In this document: piece by piece, positions 1-9,782 of the stretch
How positions within the stretch are numbered: the stretch's first letter is position 1
Layout: every line of letters starts with the position of its first letter
Source: an uncultured archaeon
GTDB lineage: Archaea; Asgardarchaeota; Thorarchaeia; Thorarchaeales; Thorarchaeaceae
Direction of reading: 5' to 3'
NCBI GenBank assembly: GCA_964473825.1
Contig: CAYYQL010000019.1
Location: forward strand, 1-44,262
Length of the DNA: 44,262 bases
Notes under the pieces: generated by a model
What the model saw: the letters and a program-made list of their open reading frames with translations, nothing else
The model's database searches: none
What the model was told of the DNA's origin: nothing
Program-made: the position numbers and the translations under genes

Positions 1-18
1 TCTGTGCCCCACCAGGAA

Positions 19-2743
19 CTTTCAATTCCCTCAATCTGGGATTCTCTTCTGCGACATTGCGTTATCGGGGATTTAGTCGGTCACTGGAATTTTGACTTTC
101 AATTCCCTTAATCTGGGATTCTCTTCTGCGACTTGACCATGACGAACAAAGAATAAACGAATATATGACACTTTCAATTCCCTTAATCTGGGATTCTCTT
201 CTGCGACCATCGACGCTAGAAAACAACATCGGTGCTATAAGGAGTACCTTTCAATTCCCTTAATCTGGGATTCTCTTCTGCGACATGGTTGGATCCGCCA
301 GTGTCCTGTTTCTACTGATGCAGACACCACCCTTTCAATTCCCTTAATCTGGGATTCTCTTCTGCGACTCCCTTTCCTTTTGAAAACGGAAAGTTTTTCG
401 TGCTTCTTTCAATTCCCTTAATCTGGGATTCTCTTCTGCGACGTCCTGGTCACGCACATCAAAACGAACATTACAGGATACTTTCAATTCCCTTAATCTG
501 GGATTCTCTTCTGCGACAGCTAGTGATAGACCGAGATGCTAGAGCTCATATTGTACTTTCAATTCCCTTAATCTGGGATTCTCTTCTGCGACTTCCTCTC
601 TTTCCTCCTTCCTTTGCCCTTGGCTCGGCTTTCAATTCCCTTAATCTGGGATTCTCTTCTGCGACTGCGGTATGTATCCCTATATTGTGGGTCATTTGGT
701 ATCTTCTTTCAATTCCCTTAATCTGGGATTCTCTTCTGCGACCTCAAAGTCGAAATAGACAGGGACTACAGTAGTCACTTTCAATTCCCTTAATCTGGGA
801 TTCTCTTCTGCGACTGTTGCTCGGTATAATGCTGACCATTTAGGGTTCGGCCATTTCTTTCAATTCCCTTAATCTGGGATTCTCTTCTGCGACACTTGAG
901 AATCGCGCCTAGTAACGAGATGGGCTGGGGGCACTTTCAATTCCCTTAATCTGGGATTCTCTTCTGCGACGGAGGGAGAGATGCAAGGCGCTGTTTGTGT
1001 ATCTTGCCTTCTTTCAATTCCCTTAATCTGGGATTCTCTTCTGCGACCAATCACTGTGTTCTTCCTCCCATTCGCGTAGATCCTCTTTCAATTCCCTTAA
1101 TCTGGGATTCTCTTCTGCGACACGGACCACTGGTGAACACACGAAGCATCTGGATCCGCCTTTCAATTCCCTTAATCTGGGATTCTCTTCTGCGACAGGC
1201 CATGAAGAGAGCCGTCGGGAAGGAGTAATAACAACTTTCAATTCCCTTAATCTGGGATTCTCTTCTGCGACACGGCATCCGGGGGGAGGTACGGCATATG
1301 CAATCAGTTACACTTTCAATTCCCTTAATCTGGGATTCTCTTCTGCGACAGTCTACTTGCCCAATCAATACCGAGAGAAGCAATAACCTTTCAATTCCCT
1401 TAATCTGGGATTCTCTTCTGCGACACAAACTCACTAAGAAAATGGAAAAGGAGATTGAGAAGACCTTTCAATTCCCTTAATCTGGGATTCTCTTCTGCGA
1501 CTCAGTGAACGTCCACGTCCCGTTCGCAGAGTGCGTCACCTTTCAATTCCCTTAATCTGGGATTCTCTTCTGCGACTAGGTCGGACAAATGGGTCGTCTC
1601 GGGGAGTGACCACTTTCAATTCCCTTAATCTGGGATTCTCTTCTGCGACTCGAGGACTGTCTCTCTGGCTGAGTCTTACTGCTCTCTCTTTCAATTCCCT
1701 TAATCTGGGATTCTCTTCTGCGACAAATGGCAAATTGGCGACCTACTTATAAACGGTGAGCAAAACTTTCAATTCCCTTAATCTGGGATTCTCTTCTGCG
1801 ACTATCACCCTGTCCCTTGGCAAGCGAGACTGCACATCAATCATGGTGCATGGTTGGATCTGAAACTTTCAATTCCCTTAATCTGGGATTCTCTTCTGCG
1901 ACAACAAACGAAAAAGGTCTTTGACAACATACGTCTTCTCAACTTTCAATTCCCTTAATCTGGGATTCTCTTCTGCGACAGAGTACGGAGAACTTCTTTA
2001 TGAGGCTCATTTAGAAGCTTTCAATTCCCTTAATCTGGGATTCTCTTCTGCGACGCAGGAGTTCTCCCAGCTCGTCCACCTCCCCTTCGTACTCTTTCAA
2101 TTCCCTTAATCTGGGATTCTCTTCTGCGACGTTCAGACAATGGGAATCACCGAATACCAGTTCGTCAATGCTTTCAATTCCCTTAATCTGGGATTCTCTT
2201 CTGCGACTAGGCCACCACCTCGTCCATCTGGTCCACGAGCTCGGCATCTTTCAATTCCCTTAATCTGGGATTCTCTTCTGCGACCGGGGACGACCGCGGA
2301 GGGATAGCCGAGTTCGATATGCACTTTCAATTCCCTTAATCTGGGATTCTCTTCTGCGACGATGCCTACGTGGCCGAGGTGAAGCGCCAGGAGCTCTCCT
2401 TTCAATTCCCTTAATCTGGGATTCTCTTCTGCGACTGTAGTTCGCCGTACTTGCGGGCCAGCGTGAGCACGCCGTCTTTCAATTCCCTTAATCTGGGATT
2501 CTCTTCTGCGACTGACCTCAGAGAGAAACTTGAGCGTGTCACTGAACGGCTCTTTCAATTCCCTTAATCTGGGATTCTCTTCTGCGACCTGACCCGCACG
2601 TACTATCTTGAACGGCTGACACAACTAGCTTTCAATTCCCTTAATCTGGGATTCTCTTCTGCGACGTGCTCCTCGAGTTCGCTATCGAGTCCGGGGCACG
2701 ACGCGGCTTTCAATTCCCTTAATCTGGGATTCTCTTCTGCGAC
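19..2743 (-). CRISPR. CRISPR array 1: 36 repeats of 37 bp in the window (crRNA sense GTCGCAGAAGAGAATCCCAGATTAAGGGAATTGAAAG), 35 complete spacers; may continue left of the window
   Basis: Repeat CTTTCAATTCCCTTAATCTGGGATTCTCTTCTGCGAC counted by eye from 19 to 2743. The ATTGAAAG 3' handle and the leader at 2744-2847 give the minus orientation. Confidence 0.98.
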
Positions 2744-2847
2744 CCGCAGGTTAATCGCTCTATTTAGCAAGAAAAGACCTCATAAGTCTTCTCTCAGCAG
2801 GCCTCGGCGGGGGCCTCCATTCTGCATAGCCCTTTATAAGAGCCCCC
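2744..2847 (-). promoter_or_regulatory. Leader of array 1 with TATA-like boxes
   Basis: Its reverse complement aligns ungapped with 17047-17150 (85/104 identical by manual count). Contains CTTATAAA and a TAAATAG ~20-25 nt before the first repeat. Confidence 0.9.
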
Positions 2848-2895
2848 AACTCTATCTGTGCAGGGCGATTCATTTACCCACATGGAGGGTTTCGT

Positions 2896-3918
2896 ATGGA
2901 GACTATCATACTAGACGACTTTGGAGTCTTCTTAGGAAAGACCAGTGAGCGATTCGTGATCAAGAAGAAAGGAAAGAAGGTAGCAGAGTTTCCTGCAAGA
3001 GAGGTAGAACGCATCATAGTGGCCTCGTCTGGTGCTTCGATGAGTTCATCGGCGCTGTATCTTGCCGTCACCAATCGTGTCCCGGTGGCATTCACCTATG
3101 CATCGGGGAGACCGTTCGCTTTCCTGACCCCCACACAGGGACACGGCACGGTTCTGACGAGACGCGCACAGTATACGGAGGCCGAGTCTACGCGAGCAAC
3201 GCACCTTGCCAGGGAGTTCATCAGGGGAAAGATGACCAATCAGCGGTATCTCCTGAAGTCATGGGCCAAGACGAGAACGAGGACCGCTCCGGATGTCGCC
3301 CAGACACTCTTTGACTTGTCGGATTCCGTTGAGGCCATTGTCAACGAGCTCGATATGTTCGACGGTCCGCTCAACTCGACAATCAGGCTTGACCTGATGA
3401 ATGTGGAAGGGCGAGCCGCTTCGGAGTACTGGGGAGGAGTGGGTCTGTTGGTTCCTTCAGACTACGGCTTTCCGGGAAGGCGCACACGCGGCGCATCAGA
3501 CCCCTTCAACATGATGTTGAACTATGGATATGGTATCCTATACTCGGAGGTCTGGTCCGCTGTCACGACTGCAGGTCTTGATCCATTCGCGGGGTTCCTG
3601 CACGTTGACAGACCAGGACGTCCCTCCTTGGTCCTCGATCTCATTGAGGAGTTTCGCCAGCAAGTCGTTGACAGGACGGTTCTACGCCTCACGCTTCGTA
3701 AGTCACTTCGTCCCGAGGATATTGTGGAGAATGGAGAACTATCACGGGGTACAAGGCAGGAGATTGCCGCTGCAGTCATCGAACGACTCTCTGACAGAGT
3801 ACTTGTTGACAACAAGAAGATACCTATCAAGAATGTCATCGTCCGACAGGCGTGGGCGGTGGCGAAGTTTGTCAGAAGGGAGAGTGAACGGTATAACCCG
3901 TTCTTTCTGAGGTGGTGA
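2896..3918 (+). CDS. cas1: CRISPR-associated endonuclease Cas1
   Basis: Motifs VEGRAASEYW, DPFNMMLNYGYGILY, GLDPFAGFLH and SLVLDLIEEFR; adjacent to the leader. Confidence 0.97.
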   Translation: METIILDDFGVFLGKTSERFVIKKKGKKVAEFPAREVERIIVASSGASMSSSALYLAVTNRVPVAFTYASGRPFAFLTPTQGHGTVLTRRAQYTEAESTRATHLAREFIRGKMTNQRYLLKSWAKTRTRTAPDVAQTLFDLSDSVEAIVNELDMFDGPLNSTIRLDLMNVEGRAASEYWGGVGLLVPSDYGFPGRRTRGASDPFNMMLNYGYGILYSEVWSAVTTAGLDPFAGFLHVDRPGRPSLVLDLIEEFRQQVVDRTVLRLTLRKSLRPEDIVENGELSRGTRQEIAAAVIERLSDRVLVDNKKIPIKNVIVRQAWAVAKFVRRESERYNPFFLRW

Positions 3919-4211
3919 GGATGAAGCTCCTCGTCATCTATGATATCACCGATGATCCTCTGCGAGGCAAGGTGGCCAACCGGCTCAAGGACTACGGGCT
4001 TGAACGGATCCAGTACAGCTCGTTCCAAGGAGAGTTGCGCCGCCACGAGCTCGCCTCGCTTGAGAAAGATATGCGAAAACTCCTGAATGACGGGGAAGAA
4101 ACTGACTCTGTACTGCTCTTTCCTCTCTGCAGTTCGTGCTTTGAGGGACGTCACATGGTGGGAGCAGAGAAGGAGATGAAGGAACGTGAAACGGGAGTCT
4201 CGTTTTACTGA
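3912..4211 (+). CDS. cas2: CRISPR-associated endoribonuclease Cas2 (start probably ATG 3921)
   Basis: LVIYDITDD...RIQYSSFQG motifs; follows cas1. Confidence 0.96.
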   Translation: MVRMKLLVIYDITDDPLRGKVANRLKDYGLERIQYSSFQGELRRHELASLEKDMRKLLNDGEETDSVLLFPLCSSCFEGRHMVGAEKEMKERETGVSFY

Positions 4212-4824
4212 GTTTACAGATGCTGGAGAAGGCTACATCACGCCCACGGATATCAAGCAGTACGTGTTCTGCCCTCGGGTGACCTATTTCACAAAAGTAA
4301 TGCAGCTCCGACCGATTGTCGGTTCGCAACAGGACGCAGCGAAAAAGAGTCATGATCGACTTGCTCAATTGGAGAAGCGCCGCGAGTCGATATTGAAGAC
4401 TGACATTCCGGTTGAGATAGAGTCCAAGAGCTTCGAGGTGTATCTGCGATCAGAGAGACTGCAGGCTCATGGTGTGTTGGATATGCTTGTTGTGACAACA
4501 GATGGTGAGCACATCCCTATAGAGTTCAAGGCCATGTCAAGCAATCGAGGAGCAATCCTTCTTGACCACAAATATCAGCTCGTCCTTCTTGCCCGTCTTC
4601 TTGAACACTCACGCGATGTGATTGTTCGAAGAGGTTTTGTACACTATATGAACGACGACCAGACCGTTAAGCTTGTCATGACTGATAATCTGCGAGGGCG
4701 GGTGAAGACATACACCGATAGGATCAGCAACATGCTTAGAGAGGGGACGATTCCAGCGCCACGAGCGAGATGTCAGTATGGGCGCGTGGGATGTGGATTC
4801 GCAGATAGATGCGCCGACTTCTAG
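4186..4824 (+). CDS. cas4: CRISPR-associated exonuclease Cas4
   Basis: KQYVFCPR, GVLDML...PIEFK, YQL motifs and a C-terminal Cys cluster (4Fe-4S). Confidence 0.93.
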   Translation: MKRESRFTEFTDAGEGYITPTDIKQYVFCPRVTYFTKVMQLRPIVGSQQDAAKKSHDRLAQLEKRRESILKTDIPVEIESKSFEVYLRSERLQAHGVLDMLVVTTDGEHIPIEFKAMSSNRGAILLDHKYQLVLLARLLEHSRDVIVRRGFVHYMNDDQTVKLVMTDNLRGRVKTYTDRISNMLREGTIPAPRARCQYGRVGCGFADRCADF

Positions 4825-4919
4825 AATAATACGCTATCCTCTGTTTTCTAGTTGCATTGTCTGACAGAAGTGTCAGATCTCCCTCTTGCCTGCTCCAGGA
4901 TGCCTTGTGTTGTAGAGGC

Positions 4920-4927
4920 TTAAATAG
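4920..4927 (+). promoter_or_regulatory. Putative TATA box for the intergenic structured RNA
   Basis: TTAAATAG, the same motif as in the array 2 leader, ~30 nt upstream of the RNA's closing helix. Confidence 0.5.
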
Positions 4928-4949
4928 GTTCCATCAGATTGAGGAGTGG

Positions 4950-5423
4950 ACTAGGCAAGTGGGCCAGTGCGATAGCGCGGAGCTCGCGGCCGAAAGCCCG
5001 AGGGAAGTCCACGATTTCTCGACGGAGGTCCTCACTCTCCATGAAAGGGGCTGCATCAGCTCCCGGAGAGTCCGCGGCTGTTCACCCTGCTCAATCGAGC
5101 CTTGCTGCCTTCGGTGACGGAGCCAGCAAGGGTGATGATGAACCCGCCGTGGCAAAGACTGTGGAAAGCCTCACTGTGGCTGAGAGTGATGCCTCAGGGC
5201 ATGCACAGGAGGAGGAAACCCGGACTGTGGGAGGGATTCCATCCCGATGACCACGGACAAAGGCCCTGCTGACCCAGCGATCTTCGGGTTTGCTGGGGGC
5301 GGTGACGCTGGCAGGGGACGGGTGGAACACAGAAGTCTCAGACAGATGAGGTCACTCAATCTGTCAGAGACAGTTTATTCTAGAGTATGAGATTCCACAG
5401 ACACTGGCCCACCGGTTTTGATG
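4950..5423 (+). ncRNA. Putative large (~460 nt) structured ncRNA between cas4 and cas10d; family unassigned (partial RNase P-like motifs)
   Basis: 11-bp closing helix GTGGGCCAGTG(4959-4969)/CACTGGCCCAC(5402-5412), many nested helices, GUGA and UUCG tetraloops, canonical K-turn at 5225-5256, and no convincing ORF. Confidence 0.7.
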
Positions 5424-5558
5424 TCTTACTATCTGATATCTCAGCCAAAGAGCAAAACACCAAAGAATGGCACGCTTGGCCAAAGCAGCTTGAATTCTAC
5501 AAAATATCAAGGTCTTATATGGACGCCAGCAGGATAATAGAGTGACAGCAGAAACCAA

Positions 5559-8216
5559 GTGATGTCCATGGTACCCACTACGACGGATGAGCAGTTTGAT
5601 ATTCTTGAGGAGGGCCTGATAACAGAAGCTCTGACGAGAAGATGGGACATCAAGTATGCCAAGTTCGCAAAGGACGGCAGCCAGTCGCTCTTTGTCCACG
5701 CCCTCAATACATCATACGTTGCCAGAATTCTCGGACAGCACGTATTCGACCTTGAGGGAGATGATCTCTTGCTTGTTTACTTGAGCGGATTCCTGCACGA
5801 TTACCAGAAGGCAGAAGACTCTTGGCAGGAGGCAGCTGTGGCATTCATCAAAGGCAACAGACCCGATGATGCTGCATTCGCACACGACGATGGATCAGAA
5901 GATGCAAGAGTACGCTTGAGAGAGATTCTTGAGAGAGTTCAGGAAAGTGCGACAAGCCATGGAGTTGCCCTCGACATCGTCGCCCTTATCGACCGCATTC
6001 TCAATATTGTGGTGTATACTCACGACAGCAAGAATCCGGCAGAGGGGGGACGGCGAAAGAGGCAGGTGGGCCCGATTGACCAGATTGCCAGAGTCATACG
6101 ACTGGCAGATGCAATAGCGAGCATCCGGCAACCACGCGAAATCCTGAAGAAAGCAGATGATTTGGATATGCCTGAGGGAAGACAACTCTCATTCGACTAC
6201 CACGAGATATCTGTGGTCAGAGGGCTGGTCACCAGCTTCCTCAACGAAGCGATTGTTGAATCCATGGAGGAACTTGGATATATCCCGCTGCTCCATTTTG
6301 GTGCCGGGAGTGTATATCTCTACATTGGAGAACAGAGAGAAAATCTCGATTTCGCCACTATCATCAAGGACAAACTTGACAGACAGGTAGAAGCGTTCCA
6401 AGACTCTGATGCATATGAAACGGGGATGACGAATGCAGTCATTGGCCCTCTTGTTCAGACGAAGTGGCCTGCCATTCATCTTGTGCGAGAAAAGGACATT
6501 CCTGAGATCATCAGCTACCTTTCTTCTCTTCCGGCCATGAACAAGGATGAGAAATACGGCAGGGGTGTGGCAAAGAAGGCAAAATCAGCTGAGAAGAAAG
6601 GCGCATTGGAAGTGTTTCTGAAGAATACAGGTTCAGACACTGACCCCATACTCGCGATGATGACCTCAGACTTCAACCTTCTCGTGTATGTTGCAGATTT
6701 CCTCAAGAGTTATGCTGCTTTCGCGGAAGAGGCAGATCGACTTGACGAATTCGTCCGAGATGTCGATGGTTTCCTCTCAGAGGAGTTTTCCGATCTGGCA
6801 CTAGAATCTCTCAGCGATATCACACATACCACCGGATTCATCCGTCGTCTAGAAGCTGTGTCAACCATCTGGAACCTGGAAGAAGGCGGTCTTCACCGAG
6901 ACCCTGACAGAAGGAAGCGTCTTGAGAAGGCGTTCATACGGATTCTCCGTGAGATTCTCACCAAGTATGGGAGTTGCGCCCCCAAGCTGCTGACAGACCG
7001 TGCCAAGAACTTGCTTATCTCGGATGTTCGCTATCTGCCTTTCTCAGTTCTTGACGACAAGGAAATTAGAGACCTCAGTGAGGGGCCCTCTGACAGATAC
7101 CTCAGAGGAAAGGATCAGAAGAAACGGATATGTAGTTTCTGTGGCGCAGAAGGGGCAGATGATGCACCGGCCACGTTGTTCGGTGACGGTTCGCAGCGCT
7201 TCTCAAACTTCCTGAAAGCGGGAACGAAAATCGGCGCAGGAAGAAAGGCTCAGGTCTGTGAGGTCTGCATGGTTGAGTCAATGCTCAGAGCATTCTACTT
7301 TCCCTCAGCTCCTGCTACGACGATGGTAGTGATTCCGGATTTGTCGCTGTCGCCAGCAATGGCCCGACAATGGGCGAATGCAGTCAAAGACTTCTCCAAG
7401 CGTGAGAGAGTCGGCCTGAGTACAGGCTCAGTATGGAATATGCTTGATGTTTACAAGAGACTTGCCAGAGGGAAGACAATCAACAATGCTTCGCAACTGG
7501 TAAGCTTGCTGAGACCAACCAACACTCGCGTGAAGGCCCTTGTATCGCATCTGAAGAATGTCAGAAGCAGTCCCGAAGAGGTCATCTTCGAAGGTGAACT
7601 AGACTCGGAGGATGAACAGACCTTTGAGAGAATCGCACATGCTCATCTTTCTGGAGATATCAGGATACACGACAGGCTTCTTGAGGGGTACAAGAAACCA
7701 AACAGGATTCAGGGAACAGCATACTTGACTTCTGGGCACATGTTTCTGTTCTTCCGAAATCCCCTCTATGAAGATCGGGACGAGTCACCGAGTACAATCG
7801 CAATTCGAGCGCATCTCTTGGCACTGATTATAGCCAAGATTTACCATGCACGGGTCATCGTCATCGATGGCTTCCAGGCCATTACGGATATCTCAATGGA
7901 CGGTGTTGTGAAATCGACTCTGCCGGCACCCGCTGCATCTGCTCTTAGAAGCCTGGGAGTGAGCGAACAACCACGACTACATGAAGTGATGCCGGCACTG
8001 AGGAAGCTGTCAGCTTTGACCCAGATAACGATGAGCTACGTCAAGAAGATGGGGAAGGATCGCCTCCTTCGGATGGGGTCGATGAATCGTGGCGCAATCT
8101 TGAGGCGTGCTCAGATGGAAGATTCACAACAAGTGAAGAAATACCAGAGGCAGTTCGTCGAGCTGCTGGACGTTCTCCCTGCAGCGGCAGGAGAGGACGA
8201 ATTTGCATCAACTTAG
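5559..8216 (+). CDS. cas10d: Type I-D large subunit Cas10d (Csc3) with N-terminal HD nuclease
   Basis: SLFVHALN...GFLHDYQK...LADAIAS HD-domain motifs; CSFCG...CEVC zinc finger; upstream of csc2 and csc1. Confidence 0.88.
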   Translation: MMSMVPTTTDEQFDILEEGLITEALTRRWDIKYAKFAKDGSQSLFVHALNTSYVARILGQHVFDLEGDDLLLVYLSGFLHDYQKAEDSWQEAAVAFIKGNRPDDAAFAHDDGSEDARVRLREILERVQESATSHGVALDIVALIDRILNIVVYTHDSKNPAEGGRRKRQVGPIDQIARVIRLADAIASIRQPREILKKADDLDMPEGRQLSFDYHEISVVRGLVTSFLNEAIVESMEELGYIPLLHFGAGSVYLYIGEQRENLDFATIIKDKLDRQVEAFQDSDAYETGMTNAVIGPLVQTKWPAIHLVREKDIPEIISYLSSLPAMNKDEKYGRGVAKKAKSAEKKGALEVFLKNTGSDTDPILAMMTSDFNLLVYVADFLKSYAAFAEEADRLDEFVRDVDGFLSEEFSDLALESLSDITHTTGFIRRLEAVSTIWNLEEGGLHRDPDRRKRLEKAFIRILREILTKYGSCAPKLLTDRAKNLLISDVRYLPFSVLDDKEIRDLSEGPSDRYLRGKDQKKRICSFCGAEGADDAPATLFGDGSQRFSNFLKAGTKIGAGRKAQVCEVCMVESMLRAFYFPSAPATTMVVIPDLSLSPAMARQWANAVKDFSKRERVGLSTGSVWNMLDVYKRLARGKTINNASQLVSLLRPTNTRVKALVSHLKNVRSSPEEVIFEGELDSEDEQTFERIAHAHLSGDIRIHDRLLEGYKKPNRIQGTAYLTSGHMFLFFRNPLYEDRDESPSTIAIRAHLLALIIAKIYHARVIVIDGFQAITDISMDGVVKSTLPAPAASALRSLGVSEQPRLHEVMPALRKLSALTQITMSYVKKMGKDRLLRMGSMNRGAILRRAQMEDSQQVKKYQRQFVELLDVLPAAAGEDEFAST

Positions 8217-8218
8217 AG

Positions 8219-8836
8219 GTGAAGTATTTGATAATACGAATGGACAAAGAAGAAGAGAAGACCGACATAGAGCAAGTTAGAGAGGTGAGGAAGAGGGCTG
8301 CAGATGCCCTCGTTTCGTATCTCAAGACCTTCTATCCAGAAGATAGACAGAGGGACTCGAAACACGCCCTGATGGGACCTGTTGGCAAGCTCCTCACACA
8401 GATAACAACCACTGGGGAGATTAACTGGGGGGCGGTAAAGGGATATGTCTTGAATATTCACAAGAACCAGCAGGGCGGAAGGAGCGTCTCAGCAGATGCC
8501 GCAGAACGCCTAGAAGACGCCGTTGACCTGCTGGAGGACCTCAGAACGTTACTCCCACCAACGAAATGGCTCAAAACGGTAGAGGACCTTGATGACGAGG
8601 TCTTCTTCGGCGCATACAAAGAGAATCTCGTTGGACGGAGGAAAGGAATCCAGAAAAAGTTCCATGATTGGCTAAAGGCAAACTACGACTCGATTGATGA
8701 GCTCAACAAGCATCTTGAGGAAGAGGAGGAATATGCTTCCTTTGACAAGGTGCCTGATCCCTTCTCAGCCCCACCCGAGATTAAGGAAATCGTGGATCAG
8801 TTCTGGAAAGACTACAAGAAGACAAAGGAGGAATGA
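8219..8836 (+). CDS. Probable separately encoded small subunit (Cas11d-like), helical and charged; alternative start ATG 8240
   Basis: Sits between cas10d and csc2 with tight junctions and a GAGGTGA RBS. Assigned by position only. Confidence 0.55.
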   Translation: MKYLIIRMDKEEEKTDIEQVREVRKRAADALVSYLKTFYPEDRQRDSKHALMGPVGKLLTQITTTGEINWGAVKGYVLNIHKNQQGGRSVSADAAERLEDAVDLLEDLRTLLPPTKWLKTVEDLDDEVFFGAYKENLVGRRKGIQKKFHDWLKANYDSIDELNKHLEEEEEYASFDKVPDPFSAPPEIKEIVDQFWKDYKKTKEE

Positions 8837-9765
8837 ATATGGCTACAACGAAGATGCCAGAGAGTTTTGCAAAACTGGAACCCTATCTTGCGAAGGAACT
8901 CTCTCCACTTCTCGATGCAAGAGTTGTGCAGGTATTGCTCTTGAGGCAGACTCACGACTACACAATCTTACGCACGGAAGAGAGCAGAGAACTGAACACA
9001 GTTGTGGTTCCCGAGAGTATCGAATCCACGAAGCCCACGGTGAAGGTCGCTTTTCTCGCTTCCAAGCAGAAGGCGCCCGAGACGCGCATGTTCTCGCGCT
9101 TTCTAAGAACCGCGGATGACAATATAGAATGCTACCTGAAGGACGAGCTGTGCATGAAGTGCCCACGTTGTGCGTTGTTTGGTGCAGTTTCTGTGAAGAG
9201 CGGCAGAGATTACAACATCAAGCATAGAATCGAGTACTCTACTGCCTTCTCGGTGGAAAAGTATGAGGACCTGCTTGAGTCTATCACATTCAACGCAGTC
9301 GGTGAAACGAACCAGCTTACAGGGCAGGCATTGAACATCACTCACAATGTGCGCCCCTTGGCTAACTTCCCATCTGTGGTGTCCTTGAACACGGCTACTT
9401 GGCAGGAACTGGCTCTCTATCTCAAGACTCTATTGGCCACCAAGGCCTACGGCGCCGAAACTAGGACAAAGGGCGACATGAGGAACATCGTGCTCGGAAT
9501 CGTTGGAGGACTTGAGGAAGTCATCACATCGCTCGAATACTCGTTGGAACTTGCAGCTCGATGGGAGGACGATCTTCCAGATGCAACTCACGAGATCCTA
9601 GAGAAGTACGCCAGCATAAGCGCATCGCGGGCGAACCTAGTGGTCCTTACAGCGAACGAAACGAGCGAGTTAATCTCTGATGTGCAGGACATCAGCCCAG
9701 ACAAGGCCTTTGTAGAAAGCATGCAGAAGCAGGTCGATAACTTCGTTTCGCAAGCAAAAGCGTAA
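8833..9765 (+). CDS. csc2: Type I-D Cas7 (Csc2)
   Basis: LLRQTHDYTILRTE, SKQKAPE, LCMKCPRCALFG and RIEYSTAFS motifs. Confidence 0.92.
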   Translation: MNMATTKMPESFAKLEPYLAKELSPLLDARVVQVLLLRQTHDYTILRTEESRELNTVVVPESIESTKPTVKVAFLASKQKAPETRMFSRFLRTADDNIECYLKDELCMKCPRCALFGAVSVKSGRDYNIKHRIEYSTAFSVEKYEDLLESITFNAVGETNQLTGQALNITHNVRPLANFPSVVSLNTATWQELALYLKTLLATKAYGAETRTKGDMRNIVLGIVGGLEEVITSLEYSLELAARWEDDLPDATHEILEKYASISASRANLVVLTANETSELISDVQDISPDKAFVESMQKQVDNFVSQAKA

Positions 9766-9782
9766 CAGGAGATGGTGCCTCG

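Noticed and set aside
1425-1464. Self-targeting of aor (AAGGAGATTGAGAA vs AAGGAGATGGAGAA near 23144)
   Set aside because: Only a short purine-rich partial match; no full-length self-match for any spacer was noticed by eye.
400-2624. ORFs of 60-163 aa across array 1 (and 17065-18609 across array 2)
   Set aside because: They are translations of CRISPR repeats (recurring LSIPLIWDSLLR, VAEENPRLRELK), not genes.
2513-2628. Overlapping protospacers in adjacent spacers (shared TGAACGGCT); also ATGGTTGGATC shared by spacers at 285 and ~1850
   Set aside because: Matches of 9-11 bp with divergent flanks are not enough to claim a common origin.
4909-4954. Degenerate CRISPR repeat (GTTGTAGAGG...CAGATTGAGG) upstream of the large RNA
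   Set aside because: Needs several gaps and lacks the ATTGAAAG handle; indistinguishable from chance.
4857-5359. Short ORFs in the cas4-cas10d gap (e.g. 4939-5250, 103 aa)
   Set aside because: Low-complexity products without RBS or motifs; the region is better explained as structured RNA.
4950-5423. Confident call as RNase P RNA, SRP RNA or group I/II intron
   Set aside because: RNase P-like words are present, but the P4 pairing and spacing do not fit. No SRP helix-8 motif, group II domain V or group I P7 (R/S) pairing was found. Left unassigned.
8650-8720. FHDWLKANYDSIDELN resembles a GH42 beta-galactosidase motif
   Set aside because: Short helical motif in a small Cascade-operon protein; no glycosidase domain.
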